Assembly: GCA_014800785.1 (NCBI GenBank)
Contig: JAAVFK010000008.1
Span: 14,074 to 69,788 of the forward strand
Reading direction: 5' to 3'
DNA: 55,715 bases
Origin: Bacteroidales bacterium
GTDB taxonomy: Bacteria; Bacteroidota; Bacteroidia; Bacteroidales; Muribaculaceae
Positions 36,934 through 46,569 of the stretch are shown one piece after another; within the stretch, counting starts at the first letter, position 1; every line of letters starts with the position of its first letter. The translations under genes and the position numbers were made by a program. The notes below the pieces were generated by a model, which was not told where the DNA came from, did no database searches, and saw only the letters and a program-made list of their open reading frames with translations.

Positions 36934-38273
36934 TTCGTTTTCTGTGCGTTTTGTGAGATATCCACCTTCTTTGCGTCGGTGTGTTCGTCGAGTGTCGTCA
37001 GCTGCATGAACGGACAGACGGGCTTCACGCCGCGCCAGCCGTTGAAACCGATGATCAGGTCGTGAGCTCCGAAAAGTATGTCCCGGTACGGCTTCTGGAG
37101 CGCCTGGGCGATCGTGTAGAGCTCGCGCTTGTCGGATCCCGAGTTGTTTGTCTGCGCCTTGCCCGGAACCGAACCCACGAGGTTCGAATGAACCCTCATT
37201 GTGAAGCAGACCATGTTGACGGCCTCCTGTATGTCGGTTTCCCAGTCACCCCCCTCCTTCGAAGAATCGACCTTATTGATCGTCACCTCCTTTACGGTCT
37301 GCCCCGTCGGGTTGACATACTCGGTCGAGAAGAGCACCTTGCCGGAGTTCTCGGCGCCGGTGATAAAGTCGATGATGTTCTGTTTCTCGGCGGCGATGCG
37401 TTCCATCTGCTTCACGCGGTCTGTGATGTGTTCCGCCTCGAAAATGTGCTTCCAATAGGTGTTGGCAATCGTGATATGATATCTGATCGGAGCCGAATTG
37501 CGCAGCTTCGCTTCCTTGGCGGTTGCGATGAGTTTCTTGATGTCGTACCACTTCGATTTGAAGAGCGACGCATAGCTCGGGATCGGATAGTATGTGTGAT
37601 CCACGGTCGGGATACGCGACACAATGGCATACTTGCACTCCTTGTCACCGCGTTCTACGCGTTCCCGAAGGTCGGCCAGCGGGGCCGACGGATCGAGAAG
37701 CGGGATTGATTCGACCTTATGAGCTGCCGAGGATCCGAGGCGCCAGTTAGCGAAATGCACCTTGTCGATGCGTCCCATGTCGTCGGCTTTGCTGAACCGG
37801 CAATAACAGGCCTCCTTGCGTACCGCGCGAACGATTTTTGAGCGGTCGCGGCTGAGGATGACTACGGTCACGGCGAATCCGAAATGCTTGAAATCTATGC
37901 ACGAGCCGAGAAAGAGCTGAGGGATGGCGTTGGCCTTGAAGAAGTCCTCCACTTCCGAGGCCACCGGTCGGGACACCTCCGAGGTGTCATACTGCAGGCC
38001 GGCGCCGTAGCAGATCTCCGCGTTGAAGTCCTGGCACGTCGACAGGGTCTCATCGGATTCGATGAGATCCATAATCTTGTATGGCATCTGATTGTCCGCT
38101 CCCCAGGGCATATACCAGTCTCCCGAGTCGAGCCGGATCGGTGCGATCTGTCCCTGCTCACGGAACACGGATGCGCTTTCGGGCACGAAAGCGACGGCCG
38201 ATTTATTGTCGGGCATCATGCGCACGTCGATTCCGAGGAACGGTGATGAAATATCGGTTGCAGAAGTGTTCAT
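36930..38273 (-). CDS. putative portal protein
   Basis: 447 aa, located downstream of the large terminase and upstream of head-completion-sized genes. The call is from size and position only. Confidence 0.5.
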   Translation of the reverse strand: MNTSATDISSPFLGIDVRMMPDNKSAVAFVPESASVFREQGQIAPIRLDSGDWYMPWGADNQMPYKIMDLIESDETLSTCQDFNAEICYGAGLQYDTSEVSRPVASEVEDFFKANAIPQLFLGSCIDFKHFGFAVTVVILSRDRSKIVRAVRKEACYCRFSKADDMGRIDKVHFANWRLGSSAAHKVESIPLLDPSAPLADLRERVERGDKECKYAIVSRIPTVDHTYYPIPSYASLFKSKWYDIKKLIATAKEAKLRNSAPIRYHITIANTYWKHIFEAEHITDRVKQMERIAAEKQNIIDFITGAENSGKVLFSTEYVNPTGQTVKEVTINKVDSSKEGGDWETDIQEAVNMVCFTMRVHSNLVGSVPGKAQTNNSGSDKRELYTIAQALQKPYRDILFGAHDLIIGFNGWRGVKPVCPFMQLTTLDEHTDAKKVDISQNAQKTK

Positions 38274-38316
38274 GGCGCGAAATAACCGTTAAACGGGAAA
38301 TTAAAAAAGGACATGT

Positions 38317-38538
38317 TCAAATGTAGACCTCCTCATCATTGAGCATGAAGATGCACACGTCACGGATCCGCCGGACCTGTCCGGACGACAGAATCTTAAT
38401 ATTGCGCGTACCGGTGCGCGTGTCGTAACTGAGCGAGACCGCACCGAGTGCGACCTGCTGCTCACCTTTTGAGGTCCAATAGTGGATATCGCACGCCTCC
38501 CGGCTGTTCAGGATCGCGCGGGCCTGTGAAATGTGCAT
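38317..38538 (-). CDS. hypothetical phage protein (73 aa)
   Basis: The ATG at 38538 lies 3 nt after the upstream stop. The longer listed ORF (to 38754) overlaps the 363-aa gene and is rejected. Confidence 0.45.
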   Translation of the reverse strand: MHISQARAILNSREACDIHYWTSKGEQQVALGAVSLSYDTRTGTRNIKILSSGQVRRIRDVCIFMLNDEEVYI

Positions 38539-38540
38539 GG

Positions 38541-39632
38541 TCAGAGGAATGATCGATTGAACTGAGATTTGAAGATATCGGGCGAGAAACATCCCGCCAT
38601 TGCGGGTCTTACGTCGGCAAGCTGCCATGTGATAGAGGCTGTCTGTTTCTCCTGTGTCGAATCTGAGAATGAGAGTTCGGTTTCTGTCACGACGGCCGGC
38701 ATGAGCACCGGAGCTGCGAGCGGATCCGGAAAGAACGGAACGCTCACGTCCCATGACTCGCCGAGCTGACGGACAGTGTCCAGTTCCGGCTCGGAGAGTG
38801 GCAGCGTCACGGCCTTGTACGAGTCGGTGATCCTACGGTCATAGGCGCGGAGCTCGGTGCCGACCGCAGCTGTCGATATCTCGAGTCCCTGCGAGAACGT
38901 CACCGCTCCGAGAGTGTAGAGCCGTTCCGGTACATTGAACGTGTTCCGGAACTCGACGAACGAACGATCCGAGAGCGACGGGTCGACGAAAAACGAGGCC
39001 ACGCGATCCCCGCAGTGAACATGAAGAGAGGCGAGATCCGCAGTGCCGGCTCCCGCTCCTTCGGCCAATTGGTCGAGCGGAGCGCGGAAAGTCCGGACGT
39101 ATGGCGCCGATGCCGGCGACATGACCGCCGTCAGAGTGTAATCACGCGGTCCGTCGGGTGCGATGAACGAAGCGTTCCAGGTCATCACACCCGAATTATC
39201 GCCCGGCGAGCGGAGAAGTGTCACCGCCGGTGTCACACCTTGCGGAATCCGCGATGCCTCCGAATGGAGAAAACGTGTTGTCAGCGACCGCTCCGGATCT
39301 CCGATCAGGAGCCGCGGAAAATGGATTGCGGGGAATCTCACGGCCGACGGTTTGAAAGCCGACGCGCCAGATGGCGACACCGACAGCGTGAAGATCATCA
39401 GGGGCTGTGAGTGCGAGCGCATGAACTCCTCCGCGATTTCGTCGAGCCGGAAGAGCGTCAGTTTACCTTTCCAGGGCCACAGACGCTGCGAATAGAGCGG
39501 TTCCGCCTGCGCTTCGGCCGAAAGCGAGACAATCACCGGCTCCCCGTCGGGCACCGGGACCGACACAAGAGCAAGCTCCGACGAGAGAAGAAACGAGCGT
39601 TTCCCGATAGAATTGAAGTCAATGGATTCCAT
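38541..39632 (-). CDS. hypothetical phage protein (363 aa)
   Basis: The ATG start overlaps the TerL stop by 14 nt. No motif was recognised. Confidence 0.6.
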   Translation of the reverse strand: MESIDFNSIGKRSFLLSSELALVSVPVPDGEPVIVSLSAEAQAEPLYSQRLWPWKGKLTLFRLDEIAEEFMRSHSQPLMIFTLSVSPSGASAFKPSAVRFPAIHFPRLLIGDPERSLTTRFLHSEASRIPQGVTPAVTLLRSPGDNSGVMTWNASFIAPDGPRDYTLTAVMSPASAPYVRTFRAPLDQLAEGAGAGTADLASLHVHCGDRVASFFVDPSLSDRSFVEFRNTFNVPERLYTLGAVTFSQGLEISTAAVGTELRAYDRRITDSYKAVTLPLSEPELDTVRQLGESWDVSVPFFPDPLAAPVLMPAVVTETELSFSDSTQEKQTASITWQLADVRPAMAGCFSPDIFKSQFNRSFL

Positions 39633-41250
39633 AGATCAGGGGTGTTGAAATGTCAGATTGCGGGAATTTCTCCGCGCCTATATAGAGTGTGTCGAATGCG
39701 TCGGTGCCGTCGGTTCGGTGTTCCAGCAGGTCCTCCTCCGACTCGGCGAGTTTCTCGCCTGCCTTGTTTTTCCGGAAACCGAGACGCCCGCGCGAAACTC
39801 CGGCCGACTGAATGGCAATAAGAAGATCCTCATTGTTCTGGCGGTTGAAAAACGGCGTCAGACGCTGTTTGCCTGAGAAAGCCTGCGAGATGAGCAGGTA
39901 TTTCTCGTCGTGACGCATCGGATTCCCGAGGTAGACATCGTCTACCGACCATCCGAGGCGCTGAAATTCGTTGATGATCACCCAGCGGAAATCCTGGTCG
40001 TTGACGGCGTAGTTCGCGCCCAGTGCGGTCGAGTCGTAGTAAAAGATCACCCGCTTGTTGCGGTGTGAGGAATAGTAGGCGCAGAAATCGGCGATCAGCG
40101 CCGGAATCTTCCGGTCAAATTTGGTGTAGAACGATTTGATCACGTCGAGACGCGCGCCGTGTACCTGTCCGGCGACGATCCAGTTGATGTTCGCGTTGTA
40201 GTCCATGCCGATCATGATGGGGGCGTCAGGATCTACGTCACGGTCTGCGCGTGCGTCGAAGAGCGACGGGTCGACGATATCCGACGACATACCGAGCGAG
40301 TCGAGATAATCGAGATCTGAGGCGTCGTAGATGTGGTGTTCACGCATCGATGAGTAAAAGCCATCCTTGGCGATTCCGAGGCGCCGGCAGAGAATCGAGG
40401 TCTGGAACGTAAGCGGCGGGAGGTCACGTTTCATCTGGGCGATATACTTTTCGCCCAGGAGCTGCAGATTCTCGATCGACGAATATTCCTTGTAGAAGAC
40501 CGCGACCGAGCGCATCTTGTTGAGATCGCGATCGAGCCGGCGGCGATAGTCCCTGAGGTAAGCCGGGACCTCTCCCGAGGTCTCGCGTGCCTTCAGGATC
40601 CGTTCCCTGGTCTTCCATAGCTCGAAGACGGTTCCCTTTATGGCCTCGATCAGCTCCGGGTCCATCTTCTCGCGGTAATTGAGAAACCACGAGCCGCGCT
40701 TTCCCTGAGGCATATCGGAGAGAACCATCATGGCGTGATTGGCCGAGCAATGTCCGAAATCGACCTTGATTCCGCCGTTTGCCGGGAGTGTTTCGTTCTT
40801 GAGCTTGTCGTAATCGACGAATCGGGCCTCGTCGACAAGAAGCCAGGAGAGTGTGAGCGAGTTCGACGAGCCGGGGCGGTCCTGCGAGATGATGACGGCA
40901 TACGATCCGTTGTAGAACGAGATCACGTGTTTGTACTCGAACGGTGGTCTGATCGGGTCAGCGAACGATTTCGGCGGTTTCTTGCCTACGACGAAGTGCA
41001 CACCTTCGATCCATCCCCATCGCTTCCACGCGGCAAGCATTCCGGGTATTGTGTTAGTCAGACCGTGTTTGTAGGTGGGCACGACGATTCCGCCGCACGA
41101 GCGAGGCATGCGCTGCATGCAGCGCAATACGAACGGGGCGGCGATCGAGTCGGTCTTTCCGGTTCGGCGCCCTGCTACGATCACCGATGTGTTTGCGCCT
41201 ACGAGCTGGACGAGCCGTTGCGGGTCGTTGAAATAAACCTGTTTCGACAT
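39619..41250 (-). CDS. terL: terminase large subunit
   Basis: Walker A-like VIVAGRRTGKTDS, Walker B WLLVDEARF and a C-terminal nuclease-type segment PIMIGMDYNANINWIVAGQ. The size is 543 aa. Confidence 0.85.
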   Translation of the reverse strand: MSKQVYFNDPQRLVQLVGANTSVIVAGRRTGKTDSIAAPFVLRCMQRMPRSCGGIVVPTYKHGLTNTIPGMLAAWKRWGWIEGVHFVVGKKPPKSFADPIRPPFEYKHVISFYNGSYAVIISQDRPGSSNSLTLSWLLVDEARFVDYDKLKNETLPANGGIKVDFGHCSANHAMMVLSDMPQGKRGSWFLNYREKMDPELIEAIKGTVFELWKTRERILKARETSGEVPAYLRDYRRRLDRDLNKMRSVAVFYKEYSSIENLQLLGEKYIAQMKRDLPPLTFQTSILCRRLGIAKDGFYSSMREHHIYDASDLDYLDSLGMSSDIVDPSLFDARADRDVDPDAPIMIGMDYNANINWIVAGQVHGARLDVIKSFYTKFDRKIPALIADFCAYYSSHRNKRVIFYYDSTALGANYAVNDQDFRWVIINEFQRLGWSVDDVYLGNPMRHDEKYLLISQAFSGKQRLTPFFNRQNNEDLLIAIQSAGVSRGRLGFRKNKAGEKLAESEEDLLEHRTDGTDAFDTLYIGAEKFPQSDISTPLIYGIH

Positions 41251-41279
41251 TGGGGAGAGAGTTTTGAGGGGTCACTTTG

Positions 41280-41894
41280 TCAGTCGGAGACGGGCGGCGG
41301 AGCCGGGAAGAGCAGATCTTCCTCAAGGTCGGCCGGTTCAAATTCGATATCCTCGATATCGGCAGACTCGCGGGAATAATGCTCGATGAGTTTCGCGACC
41401 CGCTCCTTGAGATTCGGGATCGGTTCGATTCCGAGCACCCGCGGATCGGAGGTCGCGGTGAAAGGCTGAACGAGTATTTTGTCGAGCGGAACCGACTGTG
41501 GATCCTCGGCGTCGATCTTGGTATATCTGGCGTAGGATGTTGCGGCGCGCTCCATGGTTTTTGTATCTCCGCGTTTGCGTGCGTTTTCGTATGTGTTCAG
41601 AATCATTTCGATGTAACGCCAGCGGTGAAAGTCGCGCGAGGTCTCGGTGATTAGTGGCAGGAGGCGTTTTGTGACTTTCAGATCGTCGTAAGCTGTCGGT
41701 TTTGTAACTGCGTGGCGCGCTATGTCCTCTGTCACGAAATCGGCGTCCTTGGCGCCCGGGTTCTGTAGAAACCAGTTATACATTGCGCGGATACGCACCA
41801 CCTTGTCGGCGATGGCCGGTGTATATGTTCCGGCCAGCGTTTCATGATCAGTGAACAGATCCCGCCGGCAGATCTCGAATGTGTCCTGTGTCAT
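41280..41894 (-). CDS. hypothetical phage protein (204 aa), small-terminase position
   Basis: Lies immediately upstream of terL, with an ATGA overlap with the preceding gene. Confidence 0.45.
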   Translation of the reverse strand: MTQDTFEICRRDLFTDHETLAGTYTPAIADKVVRIRAMYNWFLQNPGAKDADFVTEDIARHAVTKPTAYDDLKVTKRLLPLITETSRDFHRWRYIEMILNTYENARKRGDTKTMERAATSYARYTKIDAEDPQSVPLDKILVQPFTATSDPRVLGIEPIPNLKERVAKLIEHYSRESADIEDIEFEPADLEEDLLFPAPPPVSD

Positions 41895-42166
41895 TCGTCC
41901 TCCTCCATTTCCATTAATGATTGTCTTACATTCTCGATGCCCAGCGGAGAGCCGATTTGCGCAAGTCTCATTTCCTGTGCGTGCAGGTTTACACGTGATG
42001 CCGCCTTGCCCTTGCGGTAAGCCTGTGATGCCTCCGGGCTGTCGCAGGCGATATCTTCACGGAGTACTGCAGCCGGCACACCTATTATATCGGCGATATC
42101 CGATATCTTCACGTATAGCGATGCGAGTTTCTCAATCGTCTTCAGCTGTTCTGCAGAGTAGGTCAT
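41891..42166 (-). CDS. small HTH-like DNA-binding protein (91 aa)
   Basis: The ATG at 42166 gives MTYSAEQLKTIEKLASLYVKISDIADIIGVPAAVLREDI (helix-turn-helix-like). Confidence 0.45.
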   Translation of the reverse strand: MTYSAEQLKTIEKLASLYVKISDIADIIGVPAAVLREDIACDSPEASQAYRKGKAASRVNLHAQEMRLAQIGSPLGIENVRQSLMEMEEDE

Positions 42167-42644
42167 AGAGAGAAATAGATTTATTGTTGATGATATCGTC
42201 GAGATCCGCGCTAAGTCTGTCGAAAATGCGCGGATCCTCGGCAATGATGTAGGACTCGTTTCTGTTTCCTCTGGTCAGGTTCTGAGATGTCATGATTGCC
42301 ACGCGTCTTCCCGATGCCGATTCCAGAAGCACAATTTTTGAATGGTTCTCGCATAGATCGGCCCTGTCGCAGACCGCTTCGATGAAATACCAGAGCGAAA
42401 CGGTTTTGTTTGTTGCCTTGAAATCGAGCGCCAACTGTACCTCTGTAACAGAGCCGTTTCTCTTGGCCATGGCCAGATGCCGGAGCGCTTCCTCTGATAT
42501 CGAGAAAGATGTCATGCGTAATCGCGATGGCCCGATCTGGGCAATAACATGATCGACTATGTCGAGCAGCTGAAGCGAATTAACCAGATGTGCCTGAATG
42601 GGGCACTCGTCGAGCTGTTGAAATATCTTTGCGGATTTTGTCAT
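42132..42644 (-). CDS. phospholipase-D-superfamily (single HKD) protein, nuclease-like
   Basis: CENHSKIVLLESASGRRVAIMTSQNLTRGN fits HxK(x)4[DE](x)6-8..[GT]SxN. At 170 aa it is a single domain. ATGA overlap with the PRTase gene. Confidence 0.6.
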   Translation of the reverse strand: MTKSAKIFQQLDECPIQAHLVNSLQLLDIVDHVIAQIGPSRLRMTSFSISEEALRHLAMAKRNGSVTEVQLALDFKATNKTVSLWYFIEAVCDRADLCENHSKIVLLESASGRRVAIMTSQNLTRGNRNESYIIAEDPRIFDRLSADLDDIINNKSISLYDLLCRTAEDD

Positions 42645-43309
42645 GAATGGTTCTTTATACCGGCGAAAAACGCGAGGTTTTTACCGAACGGTTTCAACAG
42701 TCTGTGCATCGAGCAGAGAGTAGATCCTGTTGTCACGATATCGTCGAAAATTATGATATTCGGTTCATCGGGTACCGGATGCGCGAGCGTGTATTCCGCG
42801 TTCACGCGTCCGAGTTTGTGAGCTTTTGCGAGACTGACGAATCTAATCCCGAGCAAGCCGGCAATTTCAATTGCCGTCACCGTTGCGAAATTCCGCTCTT
42901 TGTGACGCCTCGGAGGCGGCACCGTGAGGACCCATCCGCCTGCTGCGGGATTGTCACCGATTACTGACCGTATCATAGAGGCTACGGCATCGGCGAAAAA
43001 GTGCGGCATATCTTCCGAATCTTTAATCTGCGAGAGGCGTTTTCCCATCGGTGATTTCTTCCATACCGAGATAACACGGAAACCGGGCATTGCCGTTATT
43101 GTGTTTCTGTTAGGTGCGAAATCGCATCTCGGTTCCGGCCTGTGTTGTGAGGCGGAGCCTCCCCAGGCCTTGCGTTTCTTGTGATCTGTGAAGTTTTCCG
43201 CATGCTGCTCACTGACCGGACCGGTGTCAGGATCCTGGAGCCTGTAATCGACAGAATCGAGAATATCCGAGATATCGGGTATTATCAATCCGTCTGTTCC
43301 GGCGTCCAT
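42641..43309 (-). CDS. ComF-family phosphoribosyltransferase-domain protein
   Basis: PRPP-binding loop NIIIFDDIVTTGSTL, plus the upstream WVLTVPPPRRHKERNFA segment typical of ComFC-like proteins. Confidence 0.7.
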   Translation of the reverse strand: MDAGTDGLIIPDISDILDSVDYRLQDPDTGPVSEQHAENFTDHKKRKAWGGSASQHRPEPRCDFAPNRNTITAMPGFRVISVWKKSPMGKRLSQIKDSEDMPHFFADAVASMIRSVIGDNPAAGGWVLTVPPPRRHKERNFATVTAIEIAGLLGIRFVSLAKAHKLGRVNAEYTLAHPVPDEPNIIIFDDIVTTGSTLCSMHRLLKPFGKNLAFFAGIKNHS

Positions 43310-43794
43310 GAATCGTAACGGGCCCAGTTCGCCAGGCGGAGCTTGTCGAGCCGGATAAGGTCAGTAACGAAAGGATAGATCTCGGAATCGGGACACGGTG
43401 CGTCATCGAGCGAGAGGGCGCGGAGCTGGCGGTGAGTCTCTCGCATCCGGTGAAGTATGTCCAGATTCTGTTCGAACAGCGCGCGGATCTCGTCGGGCAG
43501 TGAGTCGTGGTCCGGACGTTTTCCCCGCGGGCGGTTAGCGTCGGTCATAGCCTTCTCGGCCTTGACCGAGAGATCGGCGACCTGTTCACGCGTCATCTTG
43601 CGCAGACGGAACTCGAGATAACGCGCGAGTTCCGCGCGGATGAACGCGAGCGCTCCGGCGCCGCGCCTGATAAGGTTTCGGTGTCGGATCTTGTTTCCGG
43701 AAAGCGAGAGGAGCAGATCCGCACCGGCGGCCGGATCCGGATTGTCCGCGTCGAGCCACGCGCGGATCTTGTCGTTAAGTGAATTGTCGGTCAT
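43285..43794 (-). CDS. hypothetical phage protein (169 aa), first gene of the PRTase/PLD cassette
   Basis: ATG start and a 25-nt overlap with the PRTase gene. The protein is Arg-rich and helical. Confidence 0.55.
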   Translation of the reverse strand: MTDNSLNDKIRAWLDADNPDPAAGADLLLSLSGNKIRHRNLIRRGAGALAFIRAELARYLEFRLRKMTREQVADLSVKAEKAMTDANRPRGKRPDHDSLPDEIRALFEQNLDILHRMRETHRQLRALSLDDAPCPDSEIYPFVTDLIRLDKLRLANWARYDSWTPEQTD

Positions 43795-43817
43795 AGAGAG
43801 GAGAGAAAGAAGAGACT

Positions 43818-43862
43818 AAAAAAATGAACGGCCCGGGATCCGTCAGGCGAATCCCGAGCCGT
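43818..43862 (-). terminator. intrinsic terminator after the capsid operon
   Basis: 12-bp stem ACGGCCCGGGAT/ATCCCGAGCCGT (one mismatch) at 43828-43862, followed on the - strand by seven T (43818-43824). Confidence 0.65.
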
Positions 43863-43894
43863 CCGGCAAGAAAGTGGAAATAATTGAAACTCTG

Positions 43895-44488
43895 TCAAGT
43901 TTCGGGTTCGGTCTCATCTTGGGTGAGATCGATGGTGCCGTCTTCGGTCTCGATAGATCCGAAATAGAACGGCGCCGGGGTCTCGTCGGTTGCTTCGACC
44001 GAAATGGTGGTGGATGTGGTCCCCGTCGGGCCCTGGCCGTTGTCCTGGGTGACGGTGGTTTTGGTCATCCATTTCTCCGAACCGACGACGCGCCATGCGT
44101 CCTTCATATCCTGAACGAGAAAAACACAGTCTGTATTGTTCAGATAGGCCGCGGCGGCTGAAGCTTCTTCACCGACGCCCGGGTGAAGCAGGGTCAGTTT
44201 GTTGAGCTGCGTCTGTGACGGCAGGTCTCCCTGAGCATCGGAAGTCAGCTGTGATTTGTCGGGAAGGATGTCTATATACTTCCATGTAGCATCGGCCGAG
44301 AGAATGAACGAGCCCTTGAGACGGGCCGAGATGGCGCGACCTTTGTCGTCACGCTCGAAGTTGGGATACTTCTGGATTTCGGACTTGGCGATGTAGTAAG
44401 CGCGACGGCGGATGCCGGGTAACTCCGGCGTTCCCTGACACCAGCGCAGCGAGCGCTGGAGAGGGGAACAGTTATTTTTTTCTGCCAT
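43895..44488 (-). CDS. hypothetical phage head-associated protein (197 aa)
   Basis: The ATG at 44488 gives MAEKNNCSPLQ.... It lies directly downstream of the capsid candidate. Confidence 0.55.
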   Translation of the reverse strand: MAEKNNCSPLQRSLRWCQGTPELPGIRRRAYYIAKSEIQKYPNFERDDKGRAISARLKGSFILSADATWKYIDILPDKSQLTSDAQGDLPSQTQLNKLTLLHPGVGEEASAAAAYLNNTDCVFLVQDMKDAWRVVGSEKWMTKTTVTQDNGQGPTGTTSTTISVEATDETPAPFYFGSIETEDGTIDLTQDETEPET

Positions 44489-44501
44489 GGTGAGAGAGGA
44501 T

Positions 44502-45467
44502 TTATGCGGCAAGTTCAACGACCATGAGGCGCGACTTGTCGATGGTTTCAAACTGGACACCGAAGAACATCGTTGCCACATACGAGAGGATGAACGGCTC
44601 GTATTCCTTGATGAGAACAGATTCGATGTCGCCCATCTGGTCGTAACCGATCAGCATGTTGTCACGCGTGGAGACGTGGATGAATTTCGATTCGACCTTA
44701 TTCGAGAGAGGGACGAACTTCATGCGGCCGCCCGAGCCTTCGACAGCCTGCTGCTCGAACTGGGCGTTGTAGGGGATCGCGCCGGTATTGAGCTTGTAGG
44801 CCTCGTTGTAGGAGTCGACGAAATCCTGTGTGCAGTACACGAGGATTTCCTTCTCGGCGCGGAGATGCACGCTGAGCGAGCGCCAGATCTTCTTGGCAAC
44901 GTCATATGCGTTCTCGTCGGTGATCGCTTCTTCGAGCTTGAGATAATTGCCCTTTTCTGCGGAGATTCCGCCGCCGGCGATCTCCTTCTCGGTGATGGTG
45001 TCGAATCCGTCGAACAGATCCTGCGTTGTGTCACCCGAGGCGTTACGCTTGGCCGACCAAATGGCGGCGTTGAGCGAGTCGGAGAGCGAGCGGGCAATGA
45101 GCGTGAGAACGTGCATCGCCGTTGGGGCTTCTGCCTGGGCGTCGCCCTTGGTTGCGGCGAGCTTGCCGAGAACAGTCGAAACGGCCGAGTTAGGCTCGAA
45201 TTCGGCCACAACCGAACCGAAATGTGTTTCGAGGTCGCGGAATTCGAGCTTGAGTTCCGCGTCGGTGCGGCGCTTGGCCTTATAGGGTGCGAACTGCGCC
45301 TTGCCGGTCATCTGGCCCACGCGCTCCTTATATCTGATGCCGGGGCGCTGGGTCATCCACTGGGTGGTTTCCTCGATACCGATGATGGGGAGCATCAGAA
45401 GCTCCGGGCGGTACTGGACCGCGGCCTCCTGATACTCTTCGAGAGTGAAAGAAATTTGTCCTGCCAT
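44502..45467 (-). CDS. putative major capsid protein
   Basis: 321 aa, immediately after the protease/scaffold gene. The call is from position and size. Confidence 0.55.
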   Translation of the reverse strand: MAGQISFTLEEYQEAAVQYRPELLMLPIIGIEETTQWMTQRPGIRYKERVGQMTGKAQFAPYKAKRRTDAELKLEFRDLETHFGSVVAEFEPNSAVSTVLGKLAATKGDAQAEAPTAMHVLTLIARSLSDSLNAAIWSAKRNASGDTTQDLFDGFDTITEKEIAGGGISAEKGNYLKLEEAITDENAYDVAKKIWRSLSVHLRAEKEILVYCTQDFVDSYNEAYKLNTGAIPYNAQFEQQAVEGSGGRMKFVPLSNKVESKFIHVSTRDNMLIGYDQMGDIESVLIKEYEPFILSYVATMFFGVQFETIDKSRLMVVELAA

Positions 45468-45507
45468 GAGGAGAGAGAGTTTAAGAAGTTATGAAAAAAA
45501 TGGTTGA

Positions 45508-46533
45508 TTACTTGAATTTGTTGAACAGGTCGCGGGCACGGCCTGCGACGGCCACATACTTGGCCGCGGCGTTTGTCGGCGTCTGTGGAGCCTGCTGGTT
45601 GACTACGTTCTGTGTTTTTGCTCCGGGCTTTTTCTTGAGTTCCGCGTTCTCGGCTTCAAGAGCCTCGATTCTCGCCTGCGCTTCGGCCAGGAGTTCGGCG
45701 TCTGTCTTGTTTCCGGGCGTTTCGGTGTTATGTCCGGCTTCGGGCGCTTCATTCTGCGCAGTCTGTTCCGATGTCGCGGGAACCGCTTCGGGAGCTGTCT
45801 GCGGATTCTGCTCGTTTGTGTTCATTGTCGAATTATTTAAAAGATCCTTGATGTTCTGGAGGAGTGCGGCCTGGTCGGAGAGCGTTCCGAGAGGGAGTTC
45901 CCCGGCCTTGGCAGCGACAGCGACCGGAGGGAGCGAGCATCCGAAAGCATGAAGCTCACGGAGTGCGTCGAGCGAGACCGAGTCTTCGACTTTGACCGCG
46001 ATCCCTTCGGGTTTCTCGGTGATCTCGTCGACAAACCCCCATTCGAGCGCCTCCTGGGCCGAGAGCCAGTTGCCTGTGCGCATCTGCTGAAGCATTTCGG
46101 CCACGGGGCGTTTGCAACGCGCAGCGTAGAGCCGGGCGATCGCAGCATCGAATTTGTCGAGCTCCTCGGCCTGAGATGATAGCGACTCGGCCAGAGAGCG
46201 GCAGTCGTCGGCGTTCAGGTTGGCCCACTGGAGGAACTGCATGGAGGCCTTGTGGATCATGTAGAACCCGGCCGGATCCATGGTGATCTTGCGGGCGCCG
46301 AGTCCGGCGATCGTTGCCGCAGACGCGCAGAGCCCCGAGTAATGGACCGAGGCGCCGGCCTCGTGGTCGCGGATAATGTTGTGAATCTCGAATCCGTCAG
46401 CCAGCGATCCGCCGGGCGAGCATATATGTATTGCCAGCGGTTCCTCGGTTTCTTCCGAGACGCGGCGAACGTCATCCGGATAGAATGTTTCCGAACCGAC
46501 GTAACCTGTAAGTGTGATGTCAAATTTAGGCAT
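45508..46533 (-). CDS. ClpP/S49-like prohead protease fused to a coiled-coil scaffold-like C-terminus
   Basis: IHICSPGGSLADGFEIHNII...YSGLCASAATIAGLGARKITMDPAGFYMIHKAS, followed by a Gln/Ala/Glu-rich tail with AELLAEAQARIEALEAENAELKKK. Confidence 0.75.
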   Translation of the reverse strand: MPKFDITLTGYVGSETFYPDDVRRVSEETEEPLAIHICSPGGSLADGFEIHNIIRDHEAGASVHYSGLCASAATIAGLGARKITMDPAGFYMIHKASMQFLQWANLNADDCRSLAESLSSQAEELDKFDAAIARLYAARCKRPVAEMLQQMRTGNWLSAQEALEWGFVDEITEKPEGIAVKVEDSVSLDALRELHAFGCSLPPVAVAAKAGELPLGTLSDQAALLQNIKDLLNNSTMNTNEQNPQTAPEAVPATSEQTAQNEAPEAGHNTETPGNKTDAELLAEAQARIEALEAENAELKKKPGAKTQNVVNQQAPQTPTNAAAKYVAVAGRARDLFNKFK

Positions 46534-46561
46534 GATGAGAAGAGAGAAGAATTTTCAGTGG

Positions 46562-46569
46562 CAAAGATA
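46562..46569 (-). promoter_or_regulatory. candidate late promoter -7 box TATCTTTG
   Basis: The reverse complement of CAAAGATA lies about 28 nt upstream of the protease ATG (46533). Confidence 0.45.

Noticed and set aside
44487-45494. 335-aa + strand ORF opposite the capsid gene. Similar long antisense ORFs lie at 34808..35383, 35326..36066, 36404..37009, 36981..37709, 40735..41379, 50479..51171 and 51522..52196.
   Set aside because: All lie antisense to tightly packed, ATGA-coupled - strand phage genes. They have Arg/Gly/Val-biased composition typical of shadow frames in G+C-rich coding DNA.
20519-46533. Stop-codon recoding (TAG or TGA reassignment), as seen in some gut phages, as an explanation for the coding gap.
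   Set aside because: All late genes, including the 1449-aa tape measure, are long uninterrupted ORFs in the standard code. No suppressor tRNA was found in the prophage. The gap has stops in all frames of all three types.
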